From: Mobula hypostoma
Taxonomy: Eukaryota
Length of the DNA: 64,000 nt
NCBI RefSeq assembly: GCF_963921235.1
Contig: NC_086108.1
Coordinates: 64,358,001 to 64,422,000 of the forward strand
Direction of reading: 5' to 3'
Part shown: positions 50,821 through 62,487 of the stretch, piece by piece
Layout: each line of letters starts with the position of its first letter
How positions within the stretch are numbered: position 1 is the first letter of the stretch
Position numbers and translations under genes: made by a program
Notes under the pieces: model-generated
What the model saw: the letters and a program-made list of their open reading frames with translations, nothing else
Databases searched by the model: none
Told to the model about the DNA's origin: nothing

Positions 50821-53203
50821 CACTTTCTCTGTAGCTGTTGCACTTCATCCTGCATTCTATTATTACCTTATCTTGTTCTTCCTCGATGCACTGTGTAATG
50901 ATTTGATCCACATGCACAGTATGCAAGACTAGCTTTTCACTCTATCTCAGTACATGTGACAATAATAAACCAGTACCAATACAATCTGTGCTTCCTCCAA
51001 GTGCTCCAGTTCCAAAGATCCCAAAGACGTGAGCTGGTAGCTTAATTTGCCACCGCAAATCATTCCTAGTGTAGAGGTCAGTGGTAGAATTTGAAGAAAG
51101 TCAATGCCGCATTCCCCAGGTTAACATAACAAAGACGCCATTTTAATTAGCCTCCACAGTAACATTAAAGTCGAAACCCCCTTACAGAAATATAGGAAGA
51201 ATTATAAAAATGAATTTGTGGATGTGGGTGCTGATAATTGTCATGTTAGTGGTTACTAGTTTGCACTGTGTACGACACAGGACCAGTTTATGCCACCACC
51301 ATCGCAGGTATTCATTGTCGTTCCGGACAAATACTCTATCTCGTGCTGTGCAACTTCCTACTTTGATTTGGCACATCTCTCTGCTTCAGTTTTCTGTTCA
51401 TTTAGCACAATCTGTTTTGTGTTTGGGGTCTAAGCAGGTCAAGTCATGTGTGAAGCTTCCTTTTCATTAGTGCGGTGTTGGAGCCATTTTGATGGTGGCA
51501 TGAAGTGTGTTGCGGTACGTCAGCAAGAAAGTGCTGAGTCACTGGTTGAGGGATCCACTTCCCACTGAAGTCTTGAGGGCTTGTTTCGTTGTTTGTACGA
51601 ATCATTCAGCAAGACCATCAGTGGCTGGATGATATTGTGCTGACTTGATGTGCTGAATACCATTTGCTACCACAAACAGTTCATCAGCATTCAAATGGTG
51701 CTTGGAATTCCTGTACATTATGTTGCACTGATGTGCAGATAGTAACAGAGCCCAAAGTTGCATTCGACTAGCAGCCAGGGAAAGAATACCTGCATGTAGA
51801 CCAAAAATTGACCTCAAGTGCTGATGATCTGCCAGTAGTGTAAATCGTCAAACAAAGAAGAATTGATAGAATTTCTTAACTCCAAGAAAAATTAAGAGTG
51901 CTTCCCATTCAATCTGGGCCTAATGGCTTTCTGCCTTGCTTAATGTCCTTGATGCAAAAGGTATTGGACGCTGCTCACCCAATGGCATGATGTGTGTGAT
52001 AACTGGGTGATGTTTCACAGGCCAGCTGTATGGGCAGTGATGGGTTGAAGTGTGTGAGTGCTTCAGATTGTGGCAGAGCTGTTTTGGCCTTTTAAAAAGC
52101 CTCTTCACAGCAATCTGTCTACTACCAGATGATTTATTTAAAAGCTCATCAATTGGATTCAATGTGCTAATTAGGTTAGGAACAAACTATGCATAGTATC
52201 AACCGTCTTGACTTCACCGCACCTTGTTCCCATTCCAACCTCACTCCTTCGGAACGCTCTGCTCTCCACTCCCTCCGCACTAATCCTAACCTTATTATTA
52301 AACCCGCCGATAAGGGGGGTGTTGTTGTAGTCCGGCGTACTGACCTCTACCTTGCCAAGGCACAGCGACAGCTCGCGGATACCTCCTCTTATTTACCCCT
52401 CGATCGTGACCCCACTAAGGAGCACCAGGTCGTTGTCTCCCACAGCATCACTGACTTTATCCGCTCAGGGGATCTCCCATCCACTGCTATCAACCTTATA
52501 GTTCCCACACCCCGCACTTCCCCTTTCTGCCTCCTACCCAAGATCCACAAACCTGCCTGTCCTGACCGACCTATTGTCTCAGCTTGCTCCTGCCCCACCG
52601 AACTCATTTCTGCATACCTCGACACGGATTTATTCCCCCTTGTTCAATCCCTTCCTACCTATGTTCATGACACTTCTCACGCTCTTAAACTTTTCGATGA
52701 TTTTAAGTTACCTGGCCCCAACCACTTTATTTTCACCATGGATGTCCAGTCCCTATATACTTCCATCCCCCATCAGGAAGGTTTCAAAGCTCTACGCTTC
52801 TTTTTGGATTCCAGACCTAATCAGTTCCCCTCTACCACCACTCTGCTCCGTCTAGCGGAATTAGTCCTTACTCTTAATAATTTCTCCTTTGGCTCCTCCC
52901 ACTTCCTCCAAACTAAAGGTGTAGCTGTGGGCACCCGTATGGGTCCTAGCTATGCCTGCCTTTTTGTTGGCTTTGTGGAACAATCTATGTTCCGTGCCTA
53001 TTCTGGTATCTGTCCCCCACTTTTCCTTCACTACATCGACGACTGCATTGGCGCTGCTTCCTGCACGCATGCTGAGCTCGTTGACTTTATTAACTTTGCC
53101 TCCAACTTTCACCTTGCCCTCAAGTTTACCTGGTCCATTTCCGACACCTCCCTCCCCTTTCTAGATCTTTCTGTCTCTGTCTCTGGAGACAGCTTATCCA
53201 CTG

Positions 53204-55780
53204 ATGTCTACTATAAGCCGGGAAGATGTGGAATCGATATGGGTAGAGCTGCGTAACACTAAGGGGCAGAAGACGCTGGTGGGAGTTGTGTACAGGCCAC
53301 CTAACAGTAGTAGTGAGGTTGGAGATGGTATTAAACAGGAAATTAGAAATGTGTGCAATAAAGGAACAGCAGTTATAATGGGTGACTTCAATCTACATGT
53401 AGATTGGGTGAACCAAATTGGTAAAGGTGCTGAGGAAGAGGATTTCTTGGAATGTATGCGGGATGGTTTTTTGAACCAACATGTCGAGGAACCAACTAGA
53501 GAGCAGGCTATTCTGGACTGGGTTTTGAGCAATGAGGAAGGGTTAATTAGCGATCTTGTCGTGAGAGGCCCCTTGGGTAAGAGTGACCATAATATGGTGG
53601 AATTCTTCATTAAGATGGAGAGTGACATAGTTAATTCAGAAACAAAGGTTCTGAACTTAAAGAGGGGTAACTTTGAAGGTATGAGACGTGAATTAGCTAA
53701 GATAGACTGGCAAATGACACTTAAAGGATTGACGGTGGATATGCAATGGCAAGCATTTAAAGGTTGCATGGATGAACTACAACAATTGTTCATTCCAGTT
53801 TGGCAAAAGAATATATCAAGGAAGGTAGTGCACCCGTGGCTGACAAGAGAAATTAGGGATAGTATCAATTCCAATGAAGAAGCATACAAATTAGCCAGAG
53901 AAAGTGGCTCACCTGAGGACTGGGAGAAATTCAGAGCTCAGCAGAGGAGGACAAAGGGCTTAATTAGGAAGGGGAAAAAAGATTATGAGAGAAAACTGGC
54001 AGGGAACATAAAAACAGACTGTAAAAGCTTTTATAGATATGTAAAAAGGAAAAGACTGGTAAAGACAAATGTAGGTCCCCTGCAGACAGAAACAGGTGAA
54101 TTGATTATGGGGAGCAAGGACATGGCAGACCAATTGAATAATTACTTTGGTTCTGTCTTCACTAAGGAGGACATAAATAATCTTCCAGAAATAGTAGGAG
54201 ACAGAGGGTCCAGTGAGATGGAGGAACTGAGCGAAATACATGTTAGTAGGGAAGTGGTGTTAGGTAAATTGAAGGGATTGAAGGCAGATAAATCCCCAGG
54301 GCCAGATGGTCTGCATCCTAGAGTGCTTAAGGAAGTAGCCCAAGAAATAGTGGATGCATTAGTGATAATTTTTCAAAACTCGTTAGATTCTGGACTAGTT
54401 CTTGAGGATTGGAGGGTGGCTAATGTAACTCCACTTTTTAAAAAAGGAGGGAGAGAGAAACCGGGGAATTATAGACCGGTTAGCCTAACGTCGGTGGTGG
54501 GGAAACTGCTGGAGTCAGTTATCAAGGATGTGATAACAGCACATTTGGAAAGCGGTGAAATGATCGGACAAAGTCAGCATGGATTTGTGAAAGGAAAATC
54601 ATGTCTGACGAATCTCATAGAATTTTTTGAGGATGTAACTAGTAGAGTGGATAGGGGAGAACCAGTGGATGTGGTATATTTGGATTTTCAAAAGGCTTTT
54701 GACAAGGTCCCACACAGGAGATTAGTGTGCAAACTTAAAGCACACGGTATTGGGGGTAAGGTATTGGTGTGGATGGAGAATTGGTTAGCAGACAGGAAGC
54801 AAAGAGTGGGAATAAACGGGACCTTTTCAGAATGGCAGGCGGTGACTAGTGGGGTACTGCAAGGCTCAGTGCTGGGACCCCAGTTGTTTACAATATATAT
54901 TAATGACTTGGATGAGGGAATTAAATGCAGCATCTCCAAGTTTGAGGATGACACGAAGCTGGGTGGCAGTGTTAGCTGTGAGGAGGATGCTAAGAGGATG
55001 CAGGGTGACTTGGATAGGTTGGGTGAGTGGGCAAATTCATGGCAGATGCAATTTAATGTGGATAAATGTGAAGTTATCCACTTTGGTGGCAAAAATAGGA
55101 AAACAGATTATTATCTGAATGGTGGTCAATTAGGAAAAGGGGAGGTGCAACGAGACCTGGGTGTCATTATACACCAGTCATTGAAAGTGGGCATGCAGGT
55201 ACAGCAGGCGGTGAAAAAGGCGAATGGTATGCTGGCATTTATAGCGAGAGGATTTGAGTACAGGAGCAGGGAGGTACTACTGCAGTTGTACAGGGCCTTG
55301 GTGAGACCACACCTGGAGTATTGTGTGCAGTTTTGGTCCCCTAATCTGAGGAAAGACATCCTTGCCTTAGAGGGAGTACAAGGAAGATTCACCAGATTGA
55401 TTCCTGGGATGGCAGGACTTTCATATGAAGAAAGACTGGATGAACTGGGCTTGTACTCGTTGGAATTTAGAAGATTGAGGGGGGATCTGATTGAAACGTA
55501 TAAGATCCTAAAGGGATTGGACAGGCTAGATGCAGGAAGATTGTTCCCGATGTTGGGGAAGTCCAGAATGAGGGGCCACAGTTTGAGGATAGAGGGGAAG
55601 CCTTTTAGGACCGAGATTAGGAAAAACTTCTTCACACAGAGAGTGGTGAATCTGTGGAATTCTCTGCCACTGGAAACAGTTGAGGCCAGTTCATTGGCTA
55701 TATTTAAGAGGGAGTTAGATATGGCCCTTGTGGCTACGGGGGTCAGGGCGTATGGAGGGAAGGCTGGGGCGGGGTTCTGA
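53204..55780 (+). CDS. CR1 ORF2 (partial APE endonuclease + RT), 858-codon open frame
   Basis: GDFN, SDH, KSPGPDG, QHGFVKGKSC, LDFQKAFDKV and QGSVLGP motifs. The catalytic motif reads FEDD rather than FADD. The first 5 codons come from the PLE. Confidence 0.85.
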   Translation: MSTISREDVESIWVELRNTKGQKTLVGVVYRPPNSSSEVGDGIKQEIRNVCNKGTAVIMGDFNLHVDWVNQIGKGAEEEDFLECMRDGFLNQHVEEPTREQAILDWVLSNEEGLISDLVVRGPLGKSDHNMVEFFIKMESDIVNSETKVLNLKRGNFEGMRRELAKIDWQMTLKGLTVDMQWQAFKGCMDELQQLFIPVWQKNISRKVVHPWLTREIRDSINSNEEAYKLARESGSPEDWEKFRAQQRRTKGLIRKGKKDYERKLAGNIKTDCKSFYRYVKRKRLVKTNVGPLQTETGELIMGSKDMADQLNNYFGSVFTKEDINNLPEIVGDRGSSEMEELSEIHVSREVVLGKLKGLKADKSPGPDGLHPRVLKEVAQEIVDALVIIFQNSLDSGLVLEDWRVANVTPLFKKGGREKPGNYRPVSLTSVVGKLLESVIKDVITAHLESGEMIGQSQHGFVKGKSCLTNLIEFFEDVTSRVDRGEPVDVVYLDFQKAFDKVPHRRLVCKLKAHGIGGKVLVWMENWLADRKQRVGINGTFSEWQAVTSGVLQGSVLGPQLFTIYINDLDEGIKCSISKFEDDTKLGGSVSCEEDAKRMQGDLDRLGEWANSWQMQFNVDKCEVIHFGGKNRKTDYYLNGGQLGKGEVQRDLGVIIHQSLKVGMQVQQAVKKANGMLAFIARGFEYRSREVLLQLYRALVRPHLEYCVQFWSPNLRKDILALEGVQGRFTRLIPGMAGLSYEERLDELGLYSLEFRRLRGDLIETYKILKGLDRLDAGRLFPMLGKSRMRGHSLRIEGKPFRTEIRKNFFTQRVVNLWNSLPLETVEASSLAIFKRELDMALVATGVRAYGGKAGAGF

Positions 55781-55874
55781 GTTGAATGATCAGCCATGAT
55801 CATAATAAATGGCGGTGCAGGCTCGAAGGGCCGAATGGCCTACTCCTGCACCTATTTTCTATGTTTCTATGTTT
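53220..55874 (+). mobile_element. Young 5'-truncated CR1 LINE inserted in the PLE
   Basis: Uninterrupted ORF2 to 55780, a 3' UTR and an (atgtttct)n tail. Imperfect TSD ctataagcc (53211-53219) / ctacaagct (55875-55883). The PLE protein VYYKP|TDSH rejoins across it. Confidence 0.95.
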
Positions 55875-57052
55875 CTACAAGCTTACTGACTCTCACAGCT
55901 TTCTGGACTATTCCTCTTCTCACACTGTCTCTTGCAAAAATGCCATCCCCTTCTCGCAATTCCTCCATCTCCACCGCATCTGCTCTCAGGATGAGGCTTT
56001 TCATTCCAGGACGAGGGAGATGTCCTCCTTTTTTAAAGAAAGGGGCTTCCCTTGCTCCACTATCAACTCTGCTCTCAAACGCATCTCCCCCATTTCACGT
56101 ACATCTGCTCTCACTCCATCCTCCCGCCACCCCACTAGGAATAGGGTTCCCCTGGTTCTCACCTACCACCCCACCAGCCTCCGGGTTCAACATATTATTC
56201 TCCGTAACTTCCGCCACCTCCAACGGGATCCCACCACTAAGCACATCTTTCCCTCACCCCCCCCCCCCGCTTTCCGCAGGGATCGCTCCCTACGCGACTC
56301 CTTTGTCCATTCGTCCCCCCCTTCCCTCCCCACTGATCTCTCTCCTGGCACTTATCCTTGTAAGTGGAACAACTGCTACACATGCCCTTACACTTCCTCC
56401 CTTACCACCATTCAGGGCCCCAAACAGTCCTTCCAGGTGAGGCGACACTTCACCTGTGAGTCGGCTGGGGTGATATACTGCGTCCGGTGCTCCTGATGCG
56501 GTCTTCTATATATTGGCGAGACCCGACGCAGACTGGGACACCACTTTGCTGAACACCTACGCTCTGTCCGCCAGAGACAGCAGGATCTCCCAGTGGCCAC
56601 ACATTTTAATTCCACATCCCATTCCCATTCTGACATGTCTATCCACGGCCTCCTCTACTGTAAAGATGAAGCCACACTCAGGTTGGAGGAACAACAACTT
56701 ATATTCCGTCTGGGTAGCCTGCAACCTGATGGCATGAACATCGACTTCTTTAACTTCTGCTAATGCCCCACCTCCACCTCGTACACCATCTGTTACTTAT
56801 TTTTATACACACATTCTTTCTCTCACTCTCCTTTTTCTCCCTCTGTCCCTCTGAATATACCCCTTGCCCATCCTCTGGGTCCCCCCCCCCCCACCGTCTT
56901 TCGCCCCGGACCTCCTGTCCCATGATCCTCTCGTTTGCCCATCACCTGTCCAGCTCTCGGCTCCATCCCTCCCCCTCCTGTCTTCTCCTATCATTTTGGA
57001 TCTCCCCCTCCCCCTCACACTTTCAAATCTCTTACTAACTCTTCCTTCAGTT

Positions 57053-57088
57053 AGTCCTGACGAAGGGTCTCGGTCTGAAACGTCGACT
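57053..57088 (+). ncRNA. Minimal type I hammerhead ribozyme motif at the PLE 3' end
   Basis: AGTC (stem I) - CTGACGA - AGGG/TCT stem II - GAAA - CG - TC (cleavage triplet GUC) - GACT (stem I). Stem III is reduced to the palindrome ACGT. Confidence 0.75.
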
Positions 57089-58503
57089 GTACCTCTTCCT
57101 AGAGATGCTGCCTGGCCTGCTGCGTTCACCAGCAACTTTGATGTGTGTTGCGTAGTATGCTAGTAGTCCTTAAGAAAGATCTTAATTGACTTATATTCTC
57201 TGGTAATGGAGGCTCCACAATTGTCTTCACCTTTGATGGTGTCTTGTGAAGCCCTGATTTGTCGATCGCATGACCCAAATATTCAATCGAAGGTCAAAAG
57301 AACTCAAACATGTCCTTCTGGATCCTTTGCCCATATTCCTTTAATTTTTGTGATGTAGGATCTAAGCTTTGTAGGTGCTCATGCTCAGTTTTCCCAGTAA
57401 TGAGTAAGTCATCAGAATAGTGTTGCACCCCTGTCAACCCACTCAGGATCTGGTCAATTGCTCACTGAAAACCTGCAGGAGCCTAGGTGATGCCAAGCAG
57501 AAGCCTTCAGTACCGGAACATTCCTTTGTGAGTCACTATGGTCAACAGTTCCTGTGACTCTGGCTCCATCAAGTAATCTTGACACAAGTCAATCCTGCTA
57601 AATGTCTGACCTCTGGCCAATCTTGCAAAAAAGTTATCATTGAGGGAAAGAGGGTATTTATCAGCTGTAAGAACTGGGTCAATCGTTGCCTTGAAGTATT
57701 CACAAAGCTTTAAAGACCCATCACTTTTCAGGACAGGAACCACTGGAGTTGCCCATTTACTTACATGCACTGATGCCAATACCTTACCAGTCTTTCCAAT
57801 TCAACCTCTACTTTTGGTTTGAGGGCATATGGAACAGTCTTGCCTTTGGACTGTCAGGCGTTGTGTTAAGTTTAACAGCCAGTTTAATGGTGATTCCTTT
57901 TATTCTGCCTGTAGTCCATTGAATACTTCTGCGTGTTTCTTCAATACCTCTTGTAGACCAGTGCTCCCACCAATCAAATGCACATCGTACCAGTTGAATT
58001 TGAGCTGCTCCAACCACAAGTGGCCCAAAAGTGCTGGATTAACTACCTTTAACAATATACAATGGAAGTTTCTTCCTCTGTTCACTAATCTCCACTGTAA
58101 TATTACTATTCCCCCAATTGGAACACCTTCTGCAGTGTAAGTGTTTAAGGTCAGTCTTGCCCCTCTGGAATGAGTTGCTGCAACTTCTCCTTGTAAACTG
58201 TCCCTGACACCAGCGATACTGTCGCAGTGGTGTCCACATGAACCTTCACTGCAGCCCCATCCAACCATGCGGTCACACAAGAGCCATATTTGTGCCCTGA
58301 AACATCCCCCTTGTTCACACGTCTCAATTTGTTTTTGCAAAAATCACTTTTCTTCATTACAGTGTTTTTGGTTGACCATGTCTTTTCACTTTTACAAGCA
58401 CATTCAATATGCCCCTTTTTACCACAGCTTTGGCAATCTAAATCCTTACACCAGCTTTCTTTTGCTGAATGACCAACTTTGCCACAACAGTAACAAGGAT
58501 GCC

Positions 58504-61500
58504 TTAATGCGTTTAAAGAAACTATCGCTGCTTACGACTGACAGAAACACTGATTGTGGTCGGAAGCGCCCACGTGTGATACCTCGGAGGAAGCGCAGGT
58601 GCAGTGCGGGGTTACAAATGCGTTTAGGGAAACGGTTTTAAACTCCCTATTCCGACTATCTTGCTGGCAAACGTGCAGTCTCTGGTGAATAAAATCGATG
58701 ATCTCAGTGTTATGGGACTGAACCAGAGGGACATTAGGACCGCGTGTGTCCTTTGTTTCACGGAATCTTGGTTAACCCCTTCCATACTGGATGCAGCGAT
58801 TCAAATTGACAGGTTTACTATACACAATCAGGATAGATCTATAGCAATGGTCCCCAACCTCCAGGCCGCAGACCGATACCGGGCCGCGAAGCATGCAGGG
58901 GTGCAGCGGTAGCCAAAGCGCGCACAACCACACCTTTAAGAAAAAAGCCGAAATAAACAAGCTAATTAATAAGGTGCAGCCCAGAAGCCAGTCTTCATTA
59001 GAGGAACTGAGGTGGAGAGGGTCAATAACTTTAATTTCTTCGGCATTAAGGATCGACGTTTCTCTCTCTGAAAAGTGTCAGAGGATCTGTCCTGGGACCA
59101 GCACGTAACTGTCATTACAAAGAAAGCACAGCAGCTCCTATACTTCATTGGAACTTTGTGTAGATTCAACATGTCACCTCGTTCCTGACAGCCCTGCCTT
59201 TTCAGCCTGTCTGGGCTGGCATTTAAATTGACCAAACAATGGAACAGCTAAAGGCTTCAGCACCCTGGAAAGAGGAGTGAACATCGCATAGAGCAAGGGA
59301 AATCGGCAATTGCCTCTGATCTGGCCCAACATTTACGTGCCGGGCGGCACCTAACTAATTAGGTTATTTATTTCGACATTTTTCTTAAAGATGTGCTGGG
59401 TGCGCTCTGGCTACCACATGCTTCACGGCCCGGTATCGGTCCGCGGCCCAGAGGTTGGGGACCACTAATCTATAGAGTTTCTCAAAAGCAGAGGTGGAGG
59501 AGTATGCATCATGACCAGCTCTTCTTGGTGCACAAATACATCAGTGCTGTTCCAATTCTGCTTACCAGACCTGGAATATCTAGCAGTTAAGTGCGTCCTT
59601 TGTACCTACCACAGGAGTTCTCCGGGGTCATTTTGGTAGCAGTATACGTTCCACCTCAGGCCAATGTCAAGCAGGCTTTAGATGATCTGAGCAATGGGAT
59701 CAACATGCACGAAACAGTGCACCCTAATGCCTTCACCATCATTTTGGGAGATTTTAACCAGGCCTGTCTGAAAAAATCATTAAGCAATCACCATCAACAC
59801 ATCACTTGTAATACCAGTGGAAACAACACACTGAACCATTGTTACACCACCATCCACGCCCTCACTTTGGGAAGTCTGATCACCTGGCTATACTTCTATT
59901 CCCTGAGTATTGGCAGAGACTGAAGACTGCAGCACCAGCAGTGAGGACCAAGAAGGTTTGGACAAGGGAGGCACAGGAGTGCCTACAGGACTGTTTTGAA
60001 TCGGTGGGCTGGACTGTATTCAGGGATTCATCTTTGAACCTGGATGAGTATGTTGCAGTTGTTACCAACTTCATTAAAACCTGTGTGGATGAGTGTGTGC
60101 CTACGAAGACTTACTGTACATTCCTAAACCAAAAGCCATGGATGACCAGGAGGTATGTCGTCTGCTGAAGGTTAGATCTGTGGCATTCAAGTCTGGTGAC
60201 CCAAGCCTGCACCAGAAAACCAGGTATGATTTGCGTAGGGCTATTTCAAGGGTGAAGAGACAATTTTGAATGAAGTTGGAGGTGACATCAGATGCACGGC
60301 AACTCTGGCAGGGTTTGTAAGACATTACTTCCTACAAAGCGAAACCCAGTTGCATGAATGGCAGCAATGCTTCACTACCAGATGAACTCAACACCTTCTA
60401 AGCGCAGTTTGAAAGGGAGAACACAACTACAGCTGTGAAGTTCCCTGCTGCACCTGATGACCCTGGGATCTCTGTCTCAAAGGCCGATGTTAGGCTGTCT
60501 TTAAAGAGAGCGAACCCTCACAAGGCGAAAGGTCACGATGGAGTACCTGGTAAGGCTCTGAAAACCTGTGCCAGCCAACTAGCGGGAGTATTCAAGGACA
60601 TTTTCAACCTCTCACCGCTATGGGTGAAAGTTCCCACTTGCTTCAAAAAGGCAACAATTATATCAGTGCGTAAGAAGAGTAACGTGAGCTCCCTTAATGA
60701 CTATCATCCGGTAGCACTCACATCAACAGTGATGAAATGTTTTGAGAGGTTGGTCATGACTAGACTGAACTCCTGCCTCAGCAAGGACCTGGACCCACTG
60801 CAAATTGCCTATTGCCACAATAAGTCAACGGCAGACGCAATCTCAATGGCCCTCCACACAACTTTAGACCACCTGAACAATACAAACACCTATGTCGGGA
60901 TGCTGTTCATTGACTATAGCTCAGCATTTAATAAAATAATTCCCACAATCCTGATTGAGAAGTTGCAGAACCTGGACCTCTGTACCTCCTTCTACAATTG
61001 GATCCTTGACTTCCTAACCGGAAGACCACAATCTATGCGGATTGGTGATAATATATCCTCCTCGCTGACAATCAACACTGCCACACCTCAGGGGTGTATG
61101 CTTAGCCCACTGCTCTACTCTCCATGTACACATGACTGTGTGGCTAGGAATAGCTCAAATACCATCTATAAATTTGCTGATGATACAACCATTGTTGGTA
61201 GTATCTCAGGTGGTGATGAGAGAGCATACAGCAGTGAGATATGCCAACTAGTGGAGTGGTGGCCGCAGCAACAACCTGGCACTCGACGTCAGTAAGATGA
61301 AAGAGCTGATTGTGGACTTCAGGAAGTGTAAGATGAAGGAACACATACCAATCCTCATAGAGGGATCAGATGTGGAAAGAGTGAGCAGTTTCAGGTTCCT
61401 GGGTGTCAAGATCTCTGAGGAACTAACCTTGTCCCAACATATTCATACAGTTACAAAGAAGGCAAGACAGCGGCTATACTTTATTAGGAGTTTGAAGAGA

Positions 61501-62055
61501 TTTGGTATGTCAACAAATACACTCAAAAACTAGTATAGATGTACTGTGGAGAGCATTCTGACAGGCTGCATCACTGTCTGGTATGGGGGGGGTCTACTGT
61601 ACAGAATCAAAAGAAGCTGCAGAGAGTTGTAAATTTCTTTGGCTCCATCTTGGGTATTAGCCTACAAAGTACCCAGAACATCTTCAGGGAGCGGTGTCTC
61701 AGAGAGACAGCATCCATTATGAAAGACCTCCAGCATCCAGGGCATGCCCTTTTCTCACTCTTACCATCAGGTAGGAGGTACAGAAGCCTGAAAGCAAACA
61801 CACAGCAATTCAGGAACAGCTTCTTCCCCTCTGCCATCCGATTCCTAAATGGACATTGAGCTCTTGGACACTACCTCACCCTTTTTTAATATACAGTATT
61901 TCTGTTGTTTTGCACATTTTTCAAATCTACTCAATATATGTATACTATAATTGATTTATTTTTTTTATTTTTTTCTCTTCTATATTATGTATTGCATAAC
62001 AAATTTCACATCACATGCCGGTGATAATAATCCTGATTCTGATTCTGATTCTGAT
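58504..62055 (+). mobile_element. Near full-length Rex1/Babar-type LINE, degenerate, inserted in Gypsy gag
   Basis: APE (LANVQSL, CFTESWL, LGDFNQ, SDH), RT (LDPLQIAY, FIDYSSAFN, PQGCMLSP, KFADD) and an (attctg)n tail. tgcc is duplicated at 58500-58503 and 62056-62059. Confidence 0.92.
58845..59467. mobile_element. Non-autonomous hAT (Charlie-like) element
   Basis: Perfect 8-bp TSD atctatag at 58837-58844 and 59468-59475. Ends caatggtccccaacc / ggttggggaccacta, with imperfect inverted arms of about 120-135 bp. Confidence 0.92.
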
Positions 62056-62487
62056 TGCCAATAGGTGTCTTCTTCCTAAAATCAGTAGAAAGATGGGAAG
62101 ATGCGCTGAATAGCTATGCTTCTTTAGCTGCCATCTCCATAGATGTACCAGTTCTGAAGTATTCAGCCACAGTCTGACTAAAAGGGGATTATTTTTTTAA
62201 ATTACGAAATGTTTCATTACAGGATATAAATGATCAAAAGCATAATTACACTATTTGCATGATACAGAAACATACCAAAGTTCTCCCAATAACTAAATTT
62301 TAGTTGGTGTGGAGTTAATTTGTGATGTTATAATCTTGCACATTATAAGGTTACAAAACCATTGACTTTTGGAAATATTGGTAAGAAATCCACTTTGAAC
62401 ATAACATCCTTAAGATGCTTCTAAAACCAATAAGTACTTAAACACATGACATACTGCAGATGCTGTAAATCCAGAACAACACCATAA

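Larger units (their letters stand above)
52200..57148 (+). mobile_element. 5'-truncated Penelope-like element (Neptune-type), interrupted by CR1
   Basis: RT (KPADKGG, LLPKIHK, MDVQSLYT, QTKGVAVG, YIDD), a Cys linker (CKWNNCYTC) and GIY-YIG (VIYCVRCS*CGLLYIGET..R..EH), with the stop at 56761-56763. TSD tgcatagtat (52190-52199) / tgcgtagtat (57149-57158). Confidence 0.93.
51470..62180 (-). mobile_element. Degenerate Gypsy gag-pol, interrupted by nested elements
   Basis: gag 62060-62180; double zinc knuckle 58390-58500 (CYCCGKVGH..CQSCGKKGHIECAC); protease ~57950-58280 (VDTTATVS, LLGHLWL); RT 57160-57800 (WATPVVPVLKSDGSL, YSDDLL); RNaseH 51820-52190; integrase 51480-51700 (YHPATDGLAE). Confidence 0.88.

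Noticed and set aside
53194..55803. Long antisense ORFs (231, 134 and 225 aa)
   Set aside because: These are shadow frames of the intact CR1 ORF2.
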